Assembly: GCF_001194135.2 (NCBI RefSeq)
Contig: NC_068987.1
Coordinates: 43,683,252-43,725,579, forward strand
Source: Octopus bimaculoides
Taxonomy: Eukaryota
DNA length: 42,328 nucleotides
Reading direction: 5' to 3'
Position numbers and translations under genes: made by a program. Below, piece after piece: positions 34,802-42,328 of this stretch (positions are counted from its first letter, which is position 1; each line of letters opens with the position of its first letter). A model generated the notes under the pieces. It searched no databases and was not told where the DNA came from. It saw only the letters and a program-made list of their open reading frames with translations.

Positions 34802-34993
34802 GCTGGTCTATAATTATTTCCACAAAGGAGATGATCAGTTAGATTCTAGTGTGGAAGATAGAGAGGTTGTAAACGATGTCAACAGCAATGCTTGCAGGAG
34901 AGGTTTCTCACGTTTTATTCAATTTGTTGGACCTCAAGAATTTGAACTTCCTCAGAATGTTCTAGATATTGTCTATCTTCAGTCTCTCTGTTG
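34802..34993 (+). CDS. TMC: TMC exon G (LVYNYFHKGDDQLDSSVEDREVVNDVNSNACRRGFSRFIQFVGPQEFELPQNVLDIVYLQSLC)
   Basis: tctctcttcag/ acceptor, TG/gtaagt donor; EFxxxxNVLDxVYxQ motif. Confidence 0.94.
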
Positions 34994-35004
34994 GTAAGTA
35001 GTTG

Positions 35005-35440
35005 TGCTACCATGACAACAGTGTTCATGTCATTATTATTAAGGCTTCTACGATATCATCATCTGGGTTGCATTGACAGTATGACATCATCACTAGAGAT
35101 GTTCTGACAGTTGTGCTTGTTGTCATCACCCTTGTCTTTATGACAAGACAACAGTGTGTATACTACCACCAGTTAATTTTCTATGACAACAGCAGGTATA
35201 TTATCATTAATAAAAGTTTGATATAATATTGTGTATGTGGTCATCACCTATGTTATGACAACAGTGTAATTGTTATTATTAGGACAATGCTATGACAACA
35301 GTATGCGGCCATCACTAGTGGTCTTGTAACAACTGCATCATCACTAGTGTTGAGATGACTGCTATAGCTATGCTGTCATTACAAGGTTTTGTTAGGATAA
35401 CAATGTATATGATGTCATCATTACAGTTGCTACAACAATG
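35005..35440. repeat. Degenerate ~35-bp minisatellite, about 12 units
   Basis: Recurring ATGACAACAG and TCATCACTAG words at 30-45 bp spacing. Confidence 0.7.
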
Positions 35441-35657
35441 GGTTATACAGTTCTATTGACCTCAGGAAACTCATGAACTGACTACTACCCCTCCCCACTG
35501 AATTTGTGGACCACTGTCTCCATAAAGTACAATCTTTGGAAGGAAGAATGTGAGTTCAAGATATTCCTGCTTTTCTCATCATACACGACAGGAAAATAGC
35601 TTGTTGGGAACTTATCTCAACATTGTGCCATTCATCATCATCATAATCACCACCACC

Positions 35658-35691
<34 letters not shown>

Positions 35692-35694
35692 TCA

Positions 35695-35920
35695 AAATGG
35701 TGAGCTGGCAAAATCATTAGCACTCCAGACAAGGTGCTTAGTGGTATTTCTTCAGGCTTTATGCTCTGAGTACTAATTCTGCCAAGATTGACTTTGCCTT
35801 TTCGTTCTGTCAGGTTCGATAAAATAAGCATCAGTCAAACACTGAAGTTGATGTAACTGACTAGTCCCCTCCCCAAAATTTCAGGATAATTATTATTATT
35901 ATCAATATTATTATTTTATT
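35695..35920 (+). mobile_element. Nin/Deu-domain SINE with (ATT)n tail
   Basis: ccaagattgactttgccttttcgttctgtcaggttcgataaaataag matches the Nin-core pattern GACTTTGCCTTTCATCCTTTCGGGGTCGATAAA; tRNA-like head. Confidence 0.75.
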
Positions 35921-37020
35921 GTCTTTGCACAGCTTCTAATGCTTGAGATATACTACAGTGTCAGCTGCTCACTACCAGTGAACTAGGGTAACACCCCTTA
36001 GTTTTTGAGCACCATCCGGAGTATTTGAGCGGTTCCAAGCAGTGCTGTTTTCTGCTAGTGCTCCACTCTTGCAGCCCCTATTTGTTCTATGTACTTCTCA
36101 AGATTTTTACTCACTGTTTCCAGGGCTCTGACAATTATTGGTACTACTACCACCTTTTTTGAAGACCACAACTGCTTTACCTCCCAAGCTAACTTATCAT
36201 ATTTATCGACTTTTCTTTCTTCCTTATCACATACCTTGTTGTCAGCTGGGCATGCTATATCTATGATCCAGCATCGTTTGCTTTCTTTCTCAATTAACAC
36301 TATGTCTGGTTTCCTATTCTCTATCTCATGGTCGCACTGAATCATAAAATCCCATAGGATCTTTGCATTATCATTTTTGATGATGCCTTCAGGTTTATGT
36401 TCATACCACTTTTTCGCTCTATCAAGTCCATACTTGTTGCAAAGTGCCCAATGGACAATCTTTGTGATGTTATCATGACGTCTCTTATATACTTTCTGGG
36501 CTAGTGGCGTACATTGACTGGTAATATGCCATACAGTTTCACCATTTTGTCCACATATTCTGCACTTATCATTTTCTGATGTGTTGTCTATTCTGCATTT
36601 GATGTAATTGGTTTTTAATGCTTGCTCCTGGGCAGCACAGATTAGAGCCTCCGTTTCTGGTTTTAAATCACTTTTAGTCATCCATAGCCATCTTTTTTCT
36701 CTGTCTGTCTTATCTTCAACATCCTTCTGAAATTGTCCATGCATTATTTCCTTTATCCACTTGTTTTCAGTTTCATTCATTCTCAAATGTACAGTGCTTT
36801 ATTTTTGCAATTTTCCATCCTACACAAGTCTGACCTTCTTACTTCCAATAATAGTGGTTCTGTGACATTTTTTACATACCATGCTATGTTGTTTTCTTCT
36901 GCTCTAATACCGTGTTCGCATCCAATCAGTCCTGTTCTTCCTCTTTTTCTTGGTACATACAGTTTATGTGTCACTTTTTGGGTGGAGTATCCCATATCTA
37001 GTCAGCAACTTCCTTGTCTA
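35921..37020 (-). mobile_element. 5'-truncated R4/Dong-clade LINE (restriction-like endonuclease) inserted in a (TAA)n tract
   Basis: 243-aa ORF with CRIC..ETVWHI..C knuckle, RRHD, KPDIVL, IIDIACP and KVDKY motifs; TAA/ATT repeats on both flanks. Confidence 0.93.
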
Positions 37021-37319
37021 TTATTATTTTTATTATTGTTATTATTATGTTGTTTTTTCTTCTTTCTTCAAATTTTCTTCCATTTCTCGCCGAGTGTTTT
37101 CCATACACCTAGGGCAGAGAAACTCATTGTATGCATTCCCAGTTTACACATGCAAATTCACAGGTAAAATATGTATTTAAAAAAGAAAATTAATAAATAA
37201 ATAAATTCATGAATGGATGTTGTTTTCACAGCGATAATGCCCTTCTCAGTACATGAGTCGTTCCAGTTAACACGATTTTTTGCACTTCCTGTAGGGATGG
37301 TAAGCCTGGTATCATTTTC

Positions 37320-37505
37320 AAATAGGTTTTAGTACCTTTTTTTTATTATTATTCCTAGAAAATTATTATTATTATTATTATTATTATGATTATTATTATT
37401 TCATCAGTCTCAAAAGAATGAAAGGCAAAGTTGACCTTGGCTGGATTTGAGCCAAGAGTACTGAGAGCTAGAATAAATACTGCAAGATGGCTTGCTGACT
37501 GTATC
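37320..37505 (-). mobile_element. Nin/Deu-domain SINE fragment
   Basis: aaagaatgaaaggcaaagttgaccttggc is the reverse complement of the Nin core. Confidence 0.65.
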
Positions 37506-37904
37506 TGTATGCCACTTTGTTAACTTCTCCATTCTTCCAACAAATCTTGCACCTATGTCGGAAGTCATCTTTTATTGTTGATTTATGAAAGATTTGCTGA
37601 AAATGGATTCTGAATGGTCAGACCATACTGAAAGTATAATGTTGATCACTGGACAAGACAGCATCACCACTCACTCTTGCTTCAGGCAATAGATTGACTG
37701 TAAAAGTTTTGCCAGTCTAGTTTGATGGGTTTGGTAAAAAGCAGAATGGTCCCACTGTAAATTTACTTGAACTGGTTGCAGGATATGATCTGTTGACCTT
37801 TTGATTTGACTTAACTATCAATGTTCCTTATTATTATCTGGTCAGTAATGCCCATAGATGGATTTTGTCTAATTGTTTTAATTAGTTTTATATTTTCATT
37901 TTAG

Positions 37905-37980
37905 GCTTGGTACCTTTTTTAGCCCATTGAGTCCTGCTATAATCACTGTGCAGCTTTTCTTAGTTTTCTATGTAAAAAGG
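37905..37980 (+). CDS. TMC: TMC exon H (W-LGTFFSPLSPAIITVQLFLVFYVKR)
   Basis: ttcattttag/ acceptor, AGG/gtgagt donor; GxFFSPLxP...FY motif. Confidence 0.93.
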
Positions 37981-39296
37981 GTGAGTAAAATAGCATTATC
38001 TAATGTTTGTAAGTTAAACCAGGGTCTAGGTGTTGAATGATCAACATTAAGGATACTGCTTCACTTTATTGTTCCCAGACCAATTTTCTACCGGTAGAGA
38101 TAATCATCAAAACAGTTCTGTATGAGGTAGTTACCAATAAATACTGAAATCAGAAACCGTAAACTCTATTATATGATATGTTAAATATACTTGAAGCTAT
38201 AACCTTAATGTTAAACTGTAGCAGTCTGTCTAGGACTGCATTATGCAATGGCCTTACATTTTGAAGATGGTAGGGTGTGATTTGAGGGGATTTTGCTACT
38301 ATTTCTTGCAGGTTTCCTCCTTTTCATGAATTAATATAAGTATTATAATGAGATAATTTCAATGAAAAAGAAGCAATGAGTAATGGCTAGAAGAATATTG
38401 AGCAAAACCTAGTAACCAGTTGATCTAGCAAATGGGACCCCATCTCAATGATGGGTAGGGGGCAATAATGCCATTGTGAGGAAGGCCTGAAATGGCACAC
38501 ATTCTCTCCTGATGACTCCATAAGCTTGCTAGAATCCAGTATAAGGAGCTTTCAATTGGTATCACTTGCATCTGCAAGTTGTTTGCAAAAGATCTAGCAT
38601 TCATTCACAAGATTTGGTTTTAAACCTTGTTGAAAAGAATCAATATTAATATGGAAATGAAGTTTAGTGTGTTGTTCTGGACATGTAAGGTTACTTCAAT
38701 GATGAAGGTAATGATGATGACAATCATGAATTTTGTTAATATACTAGTAGTGGCATTAAAATACAATCACTTCTATAGTTGTAGTATTGGCAAGAGCCAA
38801 TGTGATTCTCTGGATCCCTGCAGGAATACATCCCCTGTTCAGGTGTCACACAGTTGAAGTTGTTGTCTTCATTGATTACCAGTTGACATATATTTCTCTC
38901 TTTTTATTTATTTTGGTGTGTGTAGTGGGGGTACACTTGCCAGGTCATCATCAAATTTGACAGATGAACTATTATGGGTTAAGAGGTTGAAATATTAAAC
39001 TATAAGTTCATAGGGTATAAGTTCATATACCAACTCCTAGTCTTTTGTTGTATCTCTTTGTAGAAAAATTAAGTTTTATATATCCTAGTTCACCTAGATA
39101 TACAAGAATTAGAAATGAACTTTTGGAGGAAACGTTATCTGCAAATGACTAACTTCTTACTCAGAAATGTAGTAAAGTTTCAGCTTTTATTGACTTGGTA
39201 TTAATAAATCTGGGATCTAACATCATGCTAGCACTGCTAGAGCATGTTAGAACATTTGCTTCATTGAATTATTTTTGTTTCTTTTTATTTTTACAG

Positions 39297-39427
39297 TTTA
39301 CTCTGACATATAACTGTGTTCAAGCTGTCCGACCATTCCGCTCATCAAAGTCCAATTCCCTGTTTATGTTTGCTGTACTGCTTTCCTTTGCTTTCTGTAT
39401 ATTACCAATCAGTTTTGTAATTGGCTC
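39297..39427 (+). CDS. TMC: TMC exon I (FTLTYNCVQAVRPFRSSKSNSLFMFAVLLSFAFCILPISFVIG)
   Basis: atttttacag/ acceptor, TC/gtaagt donor; PFRxSxSN motif. Confidence 0.93.
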
Positions 39428-40597
39428 GTAAGTACATTTACATACTACATACATTTCTCTATTCTTGTAGTACCAAAGAGCTGGTACTAAACAGTGTTTG
39501 TTTATATAAATTATATGTAACTGTCACCATTGCTGGTGACAGTTATATATGCGATGGTACTGAAATTTATATAACTGTCGCAGTAGGCTACACATCACCA
39601 AATTCTATAGAACCTTGACCAGCAAGCTCCATGGTACTGACCATATTGGGCAAATGTCTTTTACTATAGACAACCAAAGTTTTGTGAATGGATTTGGCAG
39701 ACAGAAATGGGAAGAAGCTTGTCATGTGTACATATATGAGTGTATGTGTGTTTTTGTTTGTACCTTTGTCTTGACATTGTGTAATGTTTGTAAATGAACA
39801 TCACCATCAAACAAGCCATCTTGTTTGTTTCCAGTCTTCTATGAAAAACATGTCTGGCCAAGGAAAAATATTACCTTGCTTGGAAGTAAGTGACAGTTGG
39901 TGATAGAAGAGTCTGTTACACTTGAGTCTGTTCAAAATTGGTTGGCCCCAAAAATCTAAGCTAAGAGCATTAAATTTTTGGAAGAAAGCAAGGGAATGTG
40001 TATAACAACACAGACAAAAAAGAAAAACAAGAAAATGGAGAAAATGTTACACAGTTACAAATACAAACAACAAGAGAATAACAACAGGTGTATTTTCAAC
40101 TAATAAGGACAAGTTAAGTTGAGCTGGCATGTGAAGTGAAAGCCTTGAGGCACAAACATAGATGAAAGTCAGGAGACAGGAAAATATGGTGTTGTATGGC
40201 GCAGTCAGGCCAAGAAAGAAAGATCATGCTTGGCCGAACACCGGTAACATAGAAGGAACAGAGAGAGGTAGGAGGCAGAGGGATTGAGGAATTAGGGAAG
40301 GAACTAGAGAGAGAGAGAGAGAGAGAGAGGAAGGGACAGAGGGAAAGGTACAAGGAAGATAATGAAGGAAAGTAGAGAGATTAAAGAGAATTTGTGTACC
40401 CATGTATACATGTATATATGTGGGCATGTGTGTGTGTATACATGTGTGTATATGTATATATGTATATATATATATATAACTGAAAAAACGTATTGTAAAC
40501 AAACAACAGATAAAAAATGTATACGTATACTGAGTGTACAACTGGACAGGAGACAGACACAGAACATCCCTAATTTTTCATCAGTTATCAACTAAAT

Positions 40598-41963
40598 CAT
40601 AGGTTCTCAAAGTAGGTGCTACCATCCTCTGGTGGGCGTTGAGAGGGTCCAGGTGGGCGCTGATGTCTAAGGAGGTGATGTGAGGGGGGCAGTAGAGAAA
40701 AGGGAGGTATTGGGAAGAAAGCAGTGAATTGGGGGACACTATGAATTTATATTATAATAGTATTGTTACAAATTAAATAATATACTAGCAGCTAAGCCCT
40801 GTTTCGCCCGATCTGTTTGGATGATGAGGCTGTGATCGTTTTTGGTTTGACATAATCTATAACAGTGTTACTCAACCTTATCATTTTGGGTCCCCTGTTT
40901 CGATTGGAGCCCCGTCAGAAAACAGCTTCAGGAGTTGTGAAGAACAAATTTATATGTAGTCTGTTTCTGAGAGCTATTTTTATTGGACCTCTGTCTAATC
41001 ATTAAAACATTGATTTAGTTATGAACATAGAAAGAAATTATACATTAATCCCTATTTTTGTAAGCAATTGTATCCATAAAAATTTTATTTGCAGAGAGCA
41101 GAAATTGAAAGATATATGAAATGGATATGTATGTGTGTGTGTGTGTGCTTGCTTGCACGTGTGTATGTGAGAGAGAAAGAGAGATAGAGTGAGTGAGTGA
41201 AAGTGCGTGTCATGATGACTGATGTCTTTTAAGGTATACACACATACATAGAAAATGTGAGGTCATCGTATAAAATTTTTATGATAGTTGATTTATGGAA
41301 AAGATTATGTTAAATTTTTGAAATGCAAATACGTGAATGAAAATTAAGTTCAGACCTCTACATGGTAGCTAGACCTGGTAGAAATAGCAGGCAAATCTTC
41401 CTCAAAACACCCTACTGTCTTAATTCGACAATTTTGCCTGTTATGTAGTTTGAATAAGAAACTGTAACTAAAGATTAAGATTATTAACCCCACAAAGAGG
41501 TGAAAGAAGAGAGACAGCATAGCGAAAGTTTTGGCTCACTGTCATCCTGTACTCCCCTTGTTGCTAGCGAAATAGTATATGCCAGCTGTGTGAGCAACTG
41601 ATTGTTTTAATGGCGGAACAAACAGGAGAATTCCATTAGAAAAGTTTTAATCGATTTTCTTGGTAACTATGGGGGCTAGGAAAAAAATACAAACCGCATT
41701 CCAATCTATGCACCTGTCTTCACATGTGTGCCATTTTTCACGCGAATCCACCTAGTCATTTGGCTGTGAAACTCAAGACAAGAAAAAATACAATGATCAC
41801 CCATGTCCAATTTATATTATAGATTAAATATCAAATGATTCATAGTATATATAAATTAGTAAAATATATAATATTTATTTATACATCAAAATAAGGGTGG
41901 GGGCGCTGATGGTATTATGTGGCCATGAGGGATTCGGCGGACCAAAATGTTTGAGAACCTCTG
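40598..41963. mobile_element. Non-autonomous hAT-type DNA transposon (1,366 bp)
   Basis: TIRs CATAGGTTCTCAAA / TTTGAGAACCTCTG; perfect 8-bp TSD AACTAAAT at 40590-40597 and 41964-41971; no transposase ORF. Confidence 0.88.
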
Positions 41964-42171
41964 AACTAAATGGTAATACTCAGTTTCACACCATTAATGA
42001 TAAGACTGAGAACTTACCATATTGGTGGTGCCTGCAAAAACCTAGAGCAAACAAAACAACACAGAGTGGATATACAAAAGTTTAAAAAAATGTAATTTAA
42101 GACATTGGACAAAGACAAAATAAATAAGAAACGAGCAAAATGTGGCCTTCAGGACAAAACAACAACAATGG

Positions 42172-42300
42172 TTGTTCTGCAAAAGAGACCAATAGAATAA
42201 GTACTAGGCTTACAAAGAATAAGTCCTGGGGTCGATTTGCTCGACTAAAGGCGGTGCTCCAGCATGACCGCAGTCAAATGACTGAAACAAGTAAAAGAGA
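42172..42300 (+). mobile_element. SINE 3' fragment (family of 24332)
   Basis: gagaccaatagaataagtactaggct...gaaacaagtaaaagag. Confidence 0.85.
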
Positions 42301-42328
42301 GTATATATGTATGTATATATATATATAT

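Larger units (their letters stand above)
3779..39427 (+). other. TMC: Partial TMC (transmembrane channel-like) gene, 9 internal coding exons, TMC4-8 / TMC5/7-like; 5' and 3' exons outside the window
   Basis: Nine AG/GT-bounded exons of 140, 148, 162, 164, 115, 98, 192, 76 and 131 nt. All eight intron phases match and the 1,226-nt joined frame has no stop. It contains FYGxY, KVFASWDF, FLPS..N..VP, RLAS, CWETYVGQ, EFELPQNVLDIVY, FFSPL.P and RPFRSSKSN, all TMC family motifs. Confidence 0.95.

Noticed and set aside
40194-40252. Hammerhead relic (GGCCAAG/CTTGGCC stem, GAACACCGGTA)
   Set aside because: The 5' core reads gcgcagtca rather than CUGANGA; too degenerate to call.
39428-42328. Next TMC exon (expected CGPF motif)
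   Set aside because: No such motif with a phase-2 acceptor found; the gene presumably continues beyond the window.

Overview
AT-rich, gapped eukaryotic genomic DNA, almost certainly from an octopod cephalopod (inferred from the SINE, RTE and microsatellite landscape). The only host gene is the middle of a transmembrane channel-like (TMC) gene on the + strand. Nine GT-AG exons (3779-39427) splice in a continuous, stop-free 1,226-nt frame containing the CWETxVGQ TMC signature, with TMC4-8 (TMC5/7-like) features; the 5' and 3' exons lie outside the window. The introns are a mosaic of transposable elements: RTE LINEs and their structured (GAT)n-tailed 3' ends; a Naiad-type Penelope element with inverted arms; Penelope pLTR fragments carrying minimal hammerhead ribozymes; a full-length dead Gypsy element with both LTRs, PBS and TSD; an R4/Dong LINE inserted in a (TAA)n tract; a hAT element with an 8-bp TSD; several SINE families; palindromic MITEs. 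The best leads are (1) two core-intact, sense-strand, dimer-type hammerheads flanking TMC exon B, (2) inverted SINEs flanking a 474-nt three-exon block that would give a circRNA with an endless ORF, and (3) an acidic loop insertion and a basic-to-Gln change near the predicted TMC pore. All functional claims are untested inference.
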